Shown here one piece after another: positions 37,900 through 47,791 of a DNA stretch of 55,154 nt. How positions within the stretch are numbered: the stretch's first letter is position 1; each line of letters starts with the position of its first letter. A model generated the notes under the pieces. It was given only the letters and a program-made list of their open reading frames with translations. It had not been told where the DNA came from and made no database searches. Position numbers and translations under genes: made by a program. The stretch comes from Thermodesulfovibrionales bacterium. Its GTDB lineage: Bacteria; Nitrospirota; Thermodesulfovibrionia; Thermodesulfovibrionales; JdFR-86. Where the stretch lies: contig JAUXOF010000060.1 of the NCBI GenBank assembly GCA_030682405.1, positions 1 to 55,154 on the forward strand, in the 5' to 3' direction.

Positions 37900-39012
37900 T
37901 CAGCTTAAAAACTCCCTGAAGATGTTCATGTATGAAAGCAGTGCCTTTCCGTCCATCTCCTTGTTAAGCCAGAGCCTCATGGATGCCTCTTTTACAGAGG
38001 GATTCCGGTGCATCGAGATGAACTTCTCTATCAGCCCTTCGCTATTGCCAAAAAGCGACCAGAGCTTTTTCATGAAGAGAAACCTTGCATAGAACCTCTT
38101 CCTCCAGAACTTTTTATATGCGTCCGGCCTTCCTGAGGCCACGGCCTCTGCTGCAAAACTTCCCGCCTTCATCGCATAATAAATGCCTTCAAAAGTAAAG
38201 GGCATCACCTGCCCTGCCGCATCACCTGCAAAGAGTATCCTTCCTCTGTTAAAAAGCCCGCCTCCCCATAGCGGCATCCTCCACCCCCGTAAGGGGGCGG
38301 CGACTGAACCCTGGTGGCCGGGTTCGTAACCCCTTCTTGAGAGGAAATTTTCAAGAAGGCCCCTGAGGTTTTCCGGCCTGACGCTTCCCGTGCCTATGGA
38401 TATTCCTCCGGCTGCGGGAAAGACCCATGAATAAAACTTAGGCGCATGGGACTGCCCGAACCAGAACTCGCATGCGTCCTGCTCGCCCGGAAGGATTTTT
38501 GAGAGCGTAAAGATGGAGGCAGGGGGTTTAAGCCCCAAGGATGCAAGGGACTTTGAGCCTGCCCCGTCTGCGGCGATAACATAATCCGAAGTTATCGTCC
38601 GTAAGAAACCGTTTATCACAACCTCGGAGACAACCTCATCCCCTGTCTCGGCAAATCCCTTGAACTCCGCCTCAATGACCTCTGCGCCCGCCTTTTTTGC
38701 CTCTTCCCTCAGGCAGGAGTCGAACCCCCCGCGCTCCACCATGGCCATGAAGCCGCCCTCAAGCTCAAGCTCCGCCTCTTTGCCCTTTGGAGAGACAACC
38801 CTGATTTTTCTGACCTCCCTTTTAATCAGATGCCTGGGCAGGTCGAGTTCATTAAATGCGCTTGAGGGCATTACCCCTCCGCAGGGCTTTACGAACGAGG
38901 GGTTTTTCTCTATGAGGATTGTGTCTATGCCGCTTCCTGCCAGATGCCTTGCTGCGGTGGAGCCTGAAGGCCCTCCGCCTATGACAAGGGCTTTTGTACG
39001 GATGGGCTTCAT
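37900..39012 (-). CDS. Geranylgeranyl reductase family flavoprotein
   Basis: GGGPSG, KPCGG, ADGA, YSWVFP, GDAAG...EGIYYAM. Confidence 0.92.
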   Translation of the reverse strand: MKPIRTKALVIGGGPSGSTAARHLAGSGIDTILIEKNPSFVKPCGGVMPSSAFNELDLPRHLIKREVRKIRVVSPKGKEAELELEGGFMAMVERGGFDSCLREEAKKAGAEVIEAEFKGFAETGDEVVSEVVINGFLRTITSDYVIAADGAGSKSLASLGLKPPASIFTLSKILPGEQDACEFWFGQSHAPKFYSWVFPAAGGISIGTGSVRPENLRGLLENFLSRRGYEPGHQGSVAAPLRGWRMPLWGGGLFNRGRILFAGDAAGQVMPFTFEGIYYAMKAGSFAAEAVASGRPDAYKKFWRKRFYARFLFMKKLWSLFGNSEGLIEKFISMHRNPSVKEASMRLWLNKEMDGKALLSYMNIFREFLS

Positions 39013-39067
39013 AAATTCAGCGCCCCGGCCCATTGCTCAAGCGGACGGTAAAGGGGCACCGTGCCTC

Positions 39068-39577
39068 TCAGAACCCGGGCGGGAACGGGCAGTGTATACG
39101 CGCCTTTCTGGCGCTGAGGCTGCCGTTAAGGAAATAAGCCGAAATCTTGAAGAAAAACCTCCCCACGCTGCCTGAGACCGTTCCGTCCCTGTTTTCCCCC
39201 CAAATCATCGTCTTTTCGTTGTTGTTTATGGCGATTATGAGGTATATGTTTTCGGCCTTCATCCCCTTTATGTCCTCTTCGCTCGGGATGGACAGGCCCT
39301 TTGTATCTCCGAACTGGGTGTGAGAATGAAAATCCCCCACGATTTCAAGCTTGTCGAACTTATCAAGGATAGGCTCTATCTTCCTGTGGTTTTTGTGGTG
39401 GTATATGACCCCCTTGTGCCTCCTGCTTGCCGTCTGGAAACTAAAGGCATGCTCCACTATGAACCTGTCCTCGAGCCTGTAGCCGAGAAGATAGCCGAGG
39501 CACTCCCTCTTATAGACCTCAGCCGAGCTCAAGAGCAGGTCTATGAAGGCATTTTCGGAGACATACACCCTCTTCAT
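39068..39577 (-). CDS. JAB/MPN+ (JAMM) metalloprotease domain protein
   Basis: RECLGYLLG...GDFHSH...PSEED; start adjusted to ATG 39577. Confidence 0.85.
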   Translation of the reverse strand: MKRVYVSENAFIDLLLSSAEVYKRECLGYLLGYRLEDRFIVEHAFSFQTASRRHKGVIYHHKNHRKIEPILDKFDKLEIVGDFHSHTQFGDTKGLSIPSEEDIKGMKAENIYLIIAINNNEKTMIWGENRDGTVSGSVGRFFFKISAYFLNGSLSARKARIHCPFPPGF

Positions 39578-39588
39578 GGAAACAGCGC

Positions 39589-40038
39589 TCACTTTGCGGA
39601 AGGCACCCTCACCGTAAGCACCGGGCACGGAGCGTTTCTTACGGCCTTTGAGGCCGTGCTCCCGAAGAGCACCCTGTCAAGCCCCTTTCTGCCGTGAGTG
39701 CCCATCACAAGGAGGTCAATGCCGTTTCCCACGATAAATTTGACAATCTCCTCGTGAGGTATGCCCTTTACTGTAACGCGCTCGATGTCCTTATGTCCCC
39801 TCAGTTCCTCCACGCAGCACTTCTGAAGCTCCTTGCCCGCGGCAATCTCCATGTCCTTATAGACCTCATCCATGCTGGTATGAGGGACATACCAGCCCGA
39901 GGCCGTGGCGATGTCGTAAATCACGTGGAGGATATAAAGTTTTGCCCCGTACTTTTTCACGAGGTCGGCCAGCAAAGGCACAGCCACCAGAGAGCCCTCC
40001 GAGAAATCGGTCGGGTAAAGAATCCTTTTAATTTCCAT
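39589..40038 (-). CDS. Universal stress protein
   Basis: PTDFS, MGTHGRKG...LFGST, PCPVL. Confidence 0.95.
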   Translation of the reverse strand: MEIKRILYPTDFSEGSLVAVPLLADLVKKYGAKLYILHVIYDIATASGWYVPHTSMDEVYKDMEIAAGKELQKCCVEELRGHKDIERVTVKGIPHEEIVKFIVGNGIDLLVMGTHGRKGLDRVLFGSTASKAVRNAPCPVLTVRVPSAK

Positions 40039-40039
40039 A

Positions 40040-41056
40040 TCAAGCCTCCTTCAAGTATTTTGCCGCGTCCTCCGGCGTTGTAGTCAGGACGTAGAAGTCC
40101 GAACCCCACTCAAAGCCCGATGACCTTACAAGCCTCGGCGTAACCTCTATGTGCCAGTGGAAATCGTCCCCGAGCGTATGCCAGTGGTCCCTTCTGGGAA
40201 TCCTGTTGGGCGCGGTGTGCACAACGTAATGAAAGGCCGGCTCATCCAACACCCCCCTGAGCTTCTTAAGCAGCGAGGTCATCAGCACGCTGAGGTCGTC
40301 CAACTCATCGCCGCTCATATCCTGAAACGCACAGCTATGCCTTTTCGGCATCACCCAGAAGTCGAACGGGAACTTCGGGGCATAGGGGCAGAAGGCTATG
40401 AAATGGCCGCTGTCGGCTATCACCCTTGCGCCTGCTCTCTGCTCCTCGGTCATTATGTCGCAGAATATGCACCGCTCCTTATAGGCGTAATAATGCTTTG
40501 CGCTGTCAAGCTCCTCCTTCAGAAGCTTTGGGATTACAGGGGTTGCGGTAATCTCGGAATGGGAATGGGAGTACATCGCCCCGGCGCCCCGGCCTGAGTT
40601 CTTGCAGATGAAGATGTATCTCATGCGCGCGTCTTTTTCAAGGTCCGCCATCCTTTCCTTATAAAGGGAAAATACCTTCTTCACCTGCTCGCTGCCCATG
40701 TCCTCGGCCCTTAGTCCGTGTTCCGGGGTCTCTATTAATATCTCGTTTGCGCCCACGCTGTTCATCCTGTCATACATGCCCACGCCCCTTCTGTCAAGGT
40801 CGCCCTCTATATGGAGAATCGGCTTGGGGTTCGGTATCACCCTTGCGGCCCAGCCCGGCGTATTGGGCTCGGTGCCGTTGGCCCTTATGGCCGCAATCTC
40901 CGGAGGTGTTTCAGCCTCCCTGCCGGCGCAGAAAACGCAGGACGCCTTTTCCTCGGCCCGGCGCGTCATCTTTCTCGCATAGTCCTCGGGCTTTAAGGAG
41001 TAATCAAGTATCGCCACCCACCTGTTTAACAGCGGGTCTTTTCTCAGCTCATGCAT
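40040..41056 (-). CDS. galT: Galactose-1-phosphate uridylyltransferase family protein
   Basis: ELRKDPL, CVFC, HSHSE (HxHxQ variant), CIFCD, HWHIE. Confidence 0.88.
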   Translation of the reverse strand: MHELRKDPLLNRWVAILDYSLKPEDYARKMTRRAEEKASCVFCAGREAETPPEIAAIRANGTEPNTPGWAARVIPNPKPILHIEGDLDRRGVGMYDRMNSVGANEILIETPEHGLRAEDMGSEQVKKVFSLYKERMADLEKDARMRYIFICKNSGRGAGAMYSHSHSEITATPVIPKLLKEELDSAKHYYAYKERCIFCDIMTEEQRAGARVIADSGHFIAFCPYAPKFPFDFWVMPKRHSCAFQDMSGDELDDLSVLMTSLLKKLRGVLDEPAFHYVVHTAPNRIPRRDHWHTLGDDFHWHIEVTPRLVRSSGFEWGSDFYVLTTTPEDAAKYLKEA

Positions 41057-41813
41057 CGCTGGTTTCCCTGCATATAGACCTCAGGCCCTTGAGGACAAGA
41101 TGGGGCTCGATGAAATCGAACCTTCTCAGATAGGGCGCTATAAGGCCGCAATTGCCGCCGGTAAGCACAACCTTGTATGTCTCAGCCTCCATCTCCTCGG
41201 TCTCGGATATAATCCTCTCTACGGCTCCGGCAGTCCCGTATACGATGCCTGAAAGCATGGAGCCGGACGTATCCGTGCCGAGCACAGAGGACGGCCCCCT
41301 GAGGGGGATTTCAGGCAGCCCTGCCGTATGCTCGTAAAGACAGTCCCTCATAAGCCCGACACCCGGCAATATCGCCCCTCCCTTGAAAATATTCCCCAAG
41401 CCTATAAAATTAACCGTAGTGGCCGTACCGAAATCAACAACAGCCACAGGCGCGCCGTAAATCTCTATAGCAGCCGCAGCAGCCGCTATCCTGTCCGCCC
41501 CAAGTTTGTCCGGCTCACTAACGCCGAATTTAAGCCTCCCTGATAAGGCAGAACTTACAATCAGGGGCTCCATTTTGCACACCTGCCTGCATGCCTCCAT
41601 AAGGGCGGCAGTGTGTCCCGGAACCACAGTTGATATTATACAGGCTTCAGGGGTTTTTTCCACATTATTTTCTTTCAGAACCTGCCTGAAAATGCCTGCA
41701 TATTCCAAGGGCAACTTTAAGGGATATACGTCCATTTTATGGACAATGAGCTCCTCCCCGATAAAAAACCCCATATTTATAGAGGAGTTGCCTATGTCTA
41801 TTGTTAGAAGCAT
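41049..41813 (-). CDS. coaX: Type III pantothenate kinase
   Basis: IDIGNS, LGADR, VDFGTATT, GGAILPG. Confidence 0.95.
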   Translation of the reverse strand: MLLTIDIGNSSINMGFFIGEELIVHKMDVYPLKLPLEYAGIFRQVLKENNVEKTPEACIISTVVPGHTAALMEACRQVCKMEPLIVSSALSGRLKFGVSEPDKLGADRIAAAAAAIEIYGAPVAVVDFGTATTVNFIGLGNIFKGGAILPGVGLMRDCLYEHTAGLPEIPLRGPSSVLGTDTSGSMLSGIVYGTAGAVERIISETEEMEAETYKVVLTGGNCGLIAPYLRRFDFIEPHLVLKGLRSICRETSDA

Positions 41814-41817
41814 TCTG

Positions 41818-42777
41818 TCACCTGAGCACTGTCAAATCCCCTGCGCTTATCTTAAGAGGGCCATCCGCTGTGCTTAAAATGAGCCTCCCCTCCCTGTCTA
41901 TGTCCTCTGCAGTTCCCCTGATGGTAATATCACCTGTGGTGACGATGACATCACGGCCTAATGTTGATGAAAGCCCGCGCCACATCTGAAGAAGAAGAGA
42001 AATCTTGCCTTGTTTAAGCAGGTTCAGGTTATTCTCCATGCCGGTTAGTATTTCCGCCGCAATCGTCGTCCTTTTAGCCTGGTCTCCCGTCTCCTCAAGA
42101 ACCGAGGTTGCAATGTCCCTTATATCAGGAGGAAAGGCCGAAGACCTGATATTTACGTTTATTCCCACGCCGACGACTGCAAAGAGTATTCTGTCCGGCT
42201 CCGAGCGCATCTCAAGGAGTATGCCTCCGAGTTTTCTGCCTGAGACGATGAGGTCGTTGGGCCACTTTATGGTCACATCAAGCCCTGTGGTCTTCTTCAC
42301 CGCTTCTGCTACTGAGACTGCGCTCATGATTGTAAGGAGCGTGGCGTCCTTTGGGGCTATTTCCGGCCTCAGGATTACGCTCATGTATATGTTTACTCCC
42401 TGAGGGGATGACCATCTCCTTCCGAGCCTTCCCCTGCCATTTGTCTGGCTGTCGGCTATGACAACCGTTCCCTCTGGGGCGTGGTTCTGGGCCAGTTCCA
42501 TTGCAAGGTCGTTTGTGGAGGCGGTCTTTTTAAGGAAGATTATCTCTTTTCCGAAGCGGCCTTTGAGGAGCGCTTGAAGCTCCTCCACTGAAAACTCAGG
42601 GGCGCTCAAAAGCCTGTAGCCCTTGCCTGATGAGGCCTCGATGATGAAGCCTTTTTCCCTTAGGCTGCGGATTCTCTTCCAGACGGCAGCCCTCGTCAGC
42701 CCCAGTTCGCCGCTTATCTTTGCGCCCGAAACAAAGCCCTCCGCTTCTTTAAGAATCCCTATAATCCGCCCGGACAT
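41818..42777 (-). CDS. birA: Bifunctional biotin ligase/repressor
   Basis: N-terminal HTH, GRGRLGRRW, KWPND, KLGGIL. Confidence 0.96.
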   Translation of the reverse strand: MSGRIIGILKEAEGFVSGAKISGELGLTRAAVWKRIRSLREKGFIIEASSGKGYRLLSAPEFSVEELQALLKGRFGKEIIFLKKTASTNDLAMELAQNHAPEGTVVIADSQTNGRGRLGRRWSSPQGVNIYMSVILRPEIAPKDATLLTIMSAVSVAEAVKKTTGLDVTIKWPNDLIVSGRKLGGILLEMRSEPDRILFAVVGVGINVNIRSSAFPPDIRDIATSVLEETGDQAKRTTIAAEILTGMENNLNLLKQGKISLLLQMWRGLSSTLGRDVIVTTGDITIRGTAEDIDREGRLILSTADGPLKISAGDLTVLR

Positions 42778-42830
42778 AACCCTCCATATAAGTATGGGTT
42801 TAGTATAACAAAAAGGGGGAGGGATGATGC

Positions 42831-42886
42831 GCCTGAGCCGTAAGGCCCGAAGGGGTTTGCCGAAGGCTCGTAGAGCGGAAACAGGC
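42831..42886. repeat. Short multi-hairpin REP-like element
   Basis: GCCTG...CAGGC outer stem enclosing GCC-GTAA-GGC and GCC-GAA-GGC hairpins. Confidence 0.45.
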
Positions 42887-44110
42887 CTATCGGGGAGGCG
42901 TTAGAGGCCCCATCGCGATGGCCGCAGGCGCAATGGATGCGAGGGCCTCGTCCATCACGGATTTCAGTTTCTCAAACTCGGCCATGAGGGGCTTGGGCAC
43001 GCTCCTGCCGCGGGGCATCTTGAGCCTCAGCGGGTTTACGAACCTGCCGTTAAGCTTTATCCTGTAGTCCAGATGCGGCCCTGTAGAAAGCCCGGACGTG
43101 CCCACATAGCCTATGACCTGTCCCTGCCTGACCTTGGATCCCCTGCGCACTCCTTCTGCAATACGGGACAGGTGCCCGTAGTATGTCACATATCCGCCGC
43201 TGTGCCTCAGTGCCACCATCCTGCCGTTCTGTCCCTTATAGCCGGAAAACTCCACCCTGCCGTCGCCGACCGAGGAGACCGGAGTCCCCGCAGGCGCGGA
43301 GTAGTCAACGCCGAGGTGCGGCCTGAATATCCTCAAGATGGGGTGGAACCTCTTGTTTGTAAACCCCGAGCTTATGCTCCTGTAGCTTAATGGCGACTTG
43401 AGAAACGCCCTTCTTAATGAGTTTCCGCCTTCGTCGTAATAGTCCGCATCCCCGTTGTGTTGGAACCTGTAGGCATGGTATGCCTGCCCGTTGTTTCTGA
43501 ATTCCGCGGAAAGTATCCTGCCGTATTTCCTGAACTCCCCGTCGAGCCAGAGCTCCTCGACAAACGCCTTGAATGTGTCGCCTTCCCTGAGGTCGGTCGT
43601 GAAGTCTATGTCCCATGCGAATATGTCGGAAAGCTCAAGCGCAAGGGCAAGGTTATCCATGGCGGAAACGAGGTTGTCCTTTATTGTGCCGGATACATTG
43701 CCTGTCCTCATGTCGTAGACGATGTTGGTTTTCTCGGCCTTGAAGCCGTTTTCGGTCTTTGTGACGGTGAGCCCGGAATCGTCGTTTATGGAGTACCAGA
43801 ACGACTGAATACGGTTTGCGCTGTCCACGCAGAGGCTATAGGGCCGGCCAGGGATAAGCCTCCGCATTATATCCAGTCCCCTACAGGCATCGGTTAAAGA
43901 GACAAGCTCTTTCATGTCCAGCCCGCGCCTCTTGAATATCCCGGACAGGGTTTCCCCCTGTCCTATGACCCCTGCCATCTCTATCAGGGCGGACTCCTCG
44001 GCCCGCGCACGCCCGGAACTCATGCGGTCCATGATGCCTGTGTCCGTCAGAAAGAATGCCGCGGCTGCAATCAGCGCCGAGGAGACGGAGGCGAGAAGAA
44101 GTTTTTTCAT
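42887..44110 (-). CDS. M23 family peptidoglycan endopeptidase (MepM-like)
   Basis: HLGVDY, YGHL, TGPHLDY. Confidence 0.92.
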   Translation of the reverse strand: MKKLLLASVSSALIAAAAFFLTDTGIMDRMSSGRARAEESALIEMAGVIGQGETLSGIFKRRGLDMKELVSLTDACRGLDIMRRLIPGRPYSLCVDSANRIQSFWYSINDDSGLTVTKTENGFKAEKTNIVYDMRTGNVSGTIKDNLVSAMDNLALALELSDIFAWDIDFTTDLREGDTFKAFVEELWLDGEFRKYGRILSAEFRNNGQAYHAYRFQHNGDADYYDEGGNSLRRAFLKSPLSYRSISSGFTNKRFHPILRIFRPHLGVDYSAPAGTPVSSVGDGRVEFSGYKGQNGRMVALRHSGGYVTYYGHLSRIAEGVRRGSKVRQGQVIGYVGTSGLSTGPHLDYRIKLNGRFVNPLRLKMPRGRSVPKPLMAEFEKLKSVMDEALASIAPAAIAMGPLTPPR

Positions 44111-44200
44111 CGGTATATTTTATCTATTCGGCGGGCCTTAAGGCAACCTCCGGGGCGGGCATTGAATTTTACCCGGATAAGATACTACTATATTAGTATT

Positions 44201-44899
44201 TTGGTTAAGGCTGGGCTTATCGAAAACATAAGCGGCATTTATAAAAGGCTCTCTCATGCCGCCATGCGCGCGGGCAGAAATCCCGGGGACGTCCTGCTCA
44301 TTGCGGTCTCAAAAGGGGTAAGCGTTGAACTCATGAGAGAGGCCGCCGAGGCAGGACTGAGGGTATTCGGGGAAAGCAGGGTGCAGGAGGCCGTTAAAAA
44401 AGCGGCGGAGCTTGAAACCGCATCCTCAGGCATAAGGTGGCATATGATAGGGCATCTACAGAAAAACAAGGCCGGGGCTGCGGTCGGGCTTTTCGAGCTT
44501 ATCCACTCGCTCGATTCCGTGGAGCTTGCCTCCCTCATAAACAGGCACGCTTCGGGCAAAGGGAAGGTGCAGAGGGTTTTGATGGAGGTAAACCTTTCGG
44601 GAGAGCGGAGCAAGCACGGCATAGGAAAAGATGAAATCGGAAGCCTTATTAAGGCAGCGGCTAAGATGGAAAACATCAGTGTCGAGGGGCTGATGACGAT
44701 TCCCCCTTATTCGGATGACCCGGAGGCCTCAAGGCCGTATTATAAGGAGCTTAAAGAACTGGCCGATGGATACGGCCTCAGAGAGCTTTCAATGGGCATG
44801 ACCGGCGACTTTGAGGTCGCTGTTGAAGAGGGCGCGACTATGGTAAGGGTGGGGACGGCGATTTTTGGGGAGAGAATAAAGGCAAATATTGGAGAATAA
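44201..44899 (+). CDS. yggS: PLP homeostasis protein YggS
   Basis: IAVSK, WHMIGHLQKNK, LSMGMTGD, VRVGTAIFG; start uncertain. Confidence 0.95.
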   Translation: MVKAGLIENISGIYKRLSHAAMRAGRNPGDVLLIAVSKGVSVELMREAAEAGLRVFGESRVQEAVKKAAELETASSGIRWHMIGHLQKNKAGAAVGLFELIHSLDSVELASLINRHASGKGKVQRVLMEVNLSGERSKHGIGKDEIGSLIKAAAKMENISVEGLMTIPPYSDDPEASRPYYKELKELADGYGLRELSMGMTGDFEVAVEEGATMVRVGTAIFGERIKANIGE

Positions 44900-44906
44900 A
44901 AATTAA

Positions 44907-45425
44907 GTGCGTATTTTAACCGACCAAGAAATTGCAGCCTACATCTCCGAACCAAAGGTAGTGCCTAATAACTGGTACTCCGGACTTGGATTAAAAGACA
45001 AATCACAATATCAGCATAGAGAAAAAGAGCTTGAAATTGAGGGTCGGGAAAAAAATCTTTTCCGGGTCATCATTAGACAAAATAAACTCAATATATTGGA
45101 TTTTTCTATCATCCTTACTTTAAGGGAAAAAGACTCAAATGTTGAATATAACTTATTAAGGGTAAATGGGAAGCACCCTTCAAGGCATACAAATAAATGG
45201 GAAAAGGAAAATAAATTGCCCGGCCATACTTTCTGGCCTCATTTCCATATCCACAAGGCAACACAACGGTATCAGGAAAGCGGCTATAATATCGATGGCT
45301 ATGCCGAGGTAACTCCACACTATTCGGATTTTCATTCGGCGCTTAACCAATTCCTGTTAGAATGTAATTTCAAGAGAGAAGATGAGGGACAGTTCTCTTT
45401 ATTTAAAGGAGGTGAAACGCTATGA
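44907..45425 (+). CDS. DUF6978-like His-rich hypothetical protein
   Basis: LLRVNGKH...HTN...HFHIH; AT-rich; coupled to the next gene. Confidence 0.6.
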   Translation: MRILTDQEIAAYISEPKVVPNNWYSGLGLKDKSQYQHREKELEIEGREKNLFRVIIRQNKLNILDFSIILTLREKDSNVEYNLLRVNGKHPSRHTNKWEKENKLPGHTFWPHFHIHKATQRYQESGYNIDGYAEVTPHYSDFHSALNQFLLECNFKREDEGQFSLFKGGETL

Positions 45426-46195
45426 ATATCGAGCACATAGAAAAAGATTTTAAGAAAAAAATATGTGACGAAATCACTATTGAGCAAGAAGGATTAAATA
45501 GGTTTATTGTATTTAACCCTTTTATGTTTGATGACGGGGACCATCTCGTGGTTTTGCTGAAAGGCGTGGAAGGAAAATGGCTTTTCACCGATGAAGGACA
45601 TACATTTATGCATGTGAGTTACGATGATATTGATATTGACAAGGGAACAAGAAAGAAGATTATCGACAATGTTCTTTTGAGTTATGGCATAAAAAATCAG
45701 GAAGGAGAACTAATAGCGGAAATACTGGACAATCACTTTGGCGACGCATTGTACAGCTATTTACAGGGGTTGATAAAAATAACTGATATTAATTACCTGA
45801 CAAGAGAACGCGTCAGATCAACTTTTATGGAAGATTTCAAAGCTTTCATCGAAGACAAAGTGCCTTCTGAAAGGCGCATCTTTAATTATTATGATAAGCA
45901 CCACGACCCCGATGGTAAATATATTGTTGATTTCAGAATCAACGGCATGAAACGCCCACTTCTCGTATTCGGTGTCCCAAGTGATGCTCAGTGTCGTGAC
46001 GCAACCATTACTTGTCTGCAATTTGAGAAATTCAATGAGCCGTTCAGGTCAATGGCCATATTTGAAGATCAGGAATCTATTAATCGCAAGGTCTTGGCAC
46101 GATTCAGTGATGTTTGCGACAAACAATTCTCTTCGCTGGCGACAAATAGGGACAGAATTGATAAGCATCTCCATGAAATAATGGAAGAAAAATAG
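45422..46195 (+). CDS. DUF1828/DUF1829-like protein
   Basis: PFMFDDGDHL...FTDEGHT N-domain, then STFMEDF...YIVDF nuclease-like C-domain. Confidence 0.75.
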   Translation: MNIEHIEKDFKKKICDEITIEQEGLNRFIVFNPFMFDDGDHLVVLLKGVEGKWLFTDEGHTFMHVSYDDIDIDKGTRKKIIDNVLLSYGIKNQEGELIAEILDNHFGDALYSYLQGLIKITDINYLTRERVRSTFMEDFKAFIEDKVPSERRIFNYYDKHHDPDGKYIVDFRINGMKRPLLVFGVPSDAQCRDATITCLQFEKFNEPFRSMAIFEDQESINRKVLARFSDVCDKQFSSLATNRDRIDKHLHEIMEEK

Positions 46196-46218
46196 ATGAT
46201 TGCAATAGGGAAATTAAA

Positions 46219-47001
46219 ATGACCGGCTTTATAGGCGGGGGGAACATGGCGGAAGCCCTGATAAAAGGGATGGTCTCTCACGGCATGAGGGATATAATGG
46301 TATCCGAGCCGAGGGAGGAAAGGCGGGATTATCTTAAGAAAACTTACGGGGTAAAAACATCCGCAAGCAATCTTGATACGGTAAAGTCATGCAGGATAAT
46401 AATACTTGCCGTAAAGCCCCAGCAGATGGCCGCAGTGCTTGATGAGATAAAAGATTATGTCACTGAGGATAAGGCAGTCGTCTCCATAGCCGCGGGCATA
46501 ACCCTTTCTTTCCTTCAGTCAAGGCTTAGCACCAAAAAGATAGTGCGCGTCATGCCTAATGTGTGCGCCCTTGCAGGCGAGGGGATGTCCGTAATCTCGC
46601 TCTGTGAGTGTTTTTCAGACAAAGACATAGGTATTATAAGGGACATATTCATGTCCGTGGGGAAAGTCCTGACCCTGCCAGAAAGGCAGATAGATGCGGT
46701 TACGGCTCTTTCAGGGAGCGGCCCTGCTTTTATCGCCCTTTTTCTGGAGGCTATGATTGAGGCCGGTGTTAGGCTTGGACTCAGAGAGGATGACGCCTTT
46801 AGTCTTGCCTCCCAGACCCTTTTGGGGACCGCGGCTCTCATAGACGGCGGGATGCCGCCCCGGAGGCTGAGGGAGATGGTTACGTCCCCCGGCGGGACAA
46901 CCGCAGAGGGCTTGAAGGTGTTTAACGAAAAGGGGCTTGGGGCAATCGTGGCCGAGGCCATGGAAGCGGCGGAAAAAAGAGCAAGGGAACTGGCGAAATG
47001 A
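46219..47001 (+). CDS. proC: Pyrroline-5-carboxylate reductase
   Basis: FIGGGNMA, AVKPQ, RVMPN, SGSGPA, TSPGGTT. Confidence 0.97.
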   Translation: MTGFIGGGNMAEALIKGMVSHGMRDIMVSEPREERRDYLKKTYGVKTSASNLDTVKSCRIIILAVKPQQMAAVLDEIKDYVTEDKAVVSIAAGITLSFLQSRLSTKKIVRVMPNVCALAGEGMSVISLCECFSDKDIGIIRDIFMSVGKVLTLPERQIDAVTALSGSGPAFIALFLEAMIEAGVRLGLREDDAFSLASQTLLGTAALIDGGMPPRRLREMVTSPGGTTAEGLKVFNEKGLGAIVAEAMEAAEKRARELAK

Positions 47002-47014
47002 CAGTGGAGGCAGG

Positions 47015-47323
47015 ATGTTCATATTAGGGAATCTACTGCTCGGCATAGCAAAGGTACTTGACATAGCCCTTGAGGCTTACATGTGGATTATCATCATAAG
47101 GGCGTTAATAAGCTGGGTCAACCCGGACCCCTATAACCCGATAGTAAGGTTCCTTCATGCCGTTACCGACCCTGTTCTAAGGCCGGTGAGGAAGGTCATA
47201 GGGTTCGGGATGGGCATAGACATCTCGCCGGTGGTGGTGATTCTCGGCATAATGTTTTTGAAATATTTCATAGTGGCGTCTCTATCAGAACTCGCTGTCA
47301 GGATTAAAGGAGGGGGCATTTAG
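47015..47323 (+). CDS. yggT: YggT family membrane protein
   Basis: ISWVNPDPYNP...TDPVLRP...IDISP; SD GGAGG before ATG 47015. Confidence 0.93.
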   Translation: MFILGNLLLGIAKVLDIALEAYMWIIIIRALISWVNPDPYNPIVRFLHAVTDPVLRPVRKVIGFGMGIDISPVVVILGIMFLKYFIVASLSELAVRIKGGGI

Positions 47324-47791
47324 ATGAGGATAACGCCTTTAGACATTCAGCAGAAACATTTTCCGATGAAGTTCAGGGGTTTCGACGTGGAGGAGGTGCT
47401 CGCTTTTCTTGAGGTGATAAGGGACGAGATGGAGGACCTCATGAGGGAGAACGCCTCACTGAAGGAATCCATTGCAAGGACTGAAACACAGGTAGGGGAG
47501 TACAGAGACATGGAGGGCACGCTCCGCGAGACCCTCATGACCGCCCAACTGATGGTCGAGGAGTACAAGACGAACTCAAGGAAGGAGGCCGAACTCCTGA
47601 TAAGGGAGGCGGAGCTGAAGGCCGACTCCCTGATGAAGGATGCGCAGGAAAAGGTCATTAAGATACACGAGGACATCACTGACCTCAAGGGCATAAGGCG
47701 ACACTTCAAGGAGGAGGTGAAAAGGCTCATAGAGTCCCACCTGAGGATGCTTGATTTCGACAAGGAGAGAGAGGAGTCGGAGGGCATTTGA
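47324..47791 (+). CDS. divIVA: DivIVA domain protein
   Basis: ITPLDIQQKHF...RGFDVEEV followed by a coiled coil. Confidence 0.92.
   Translation: MRITPLDIQQKHFPMKFRGFDVEEVLAFLEVIRDEMEDLMRENASLKESIARTETQVGEYRDMEGTLRETLMTAQLMVEEYKTNSRKEAELLIREAELKADSLMKDAQEKVIKIHEDITDLKGIRRHFKEEVKRLIESHLRMLDFDKEREESEGI

Noticed and set aside
42831-42886. Riboswitch or ncRNA upstream of birA
   Set aside because: It lies upstream of the predicted birA -10 box and looks like a REP-type hairpin cluster; no known aptamer recognised.
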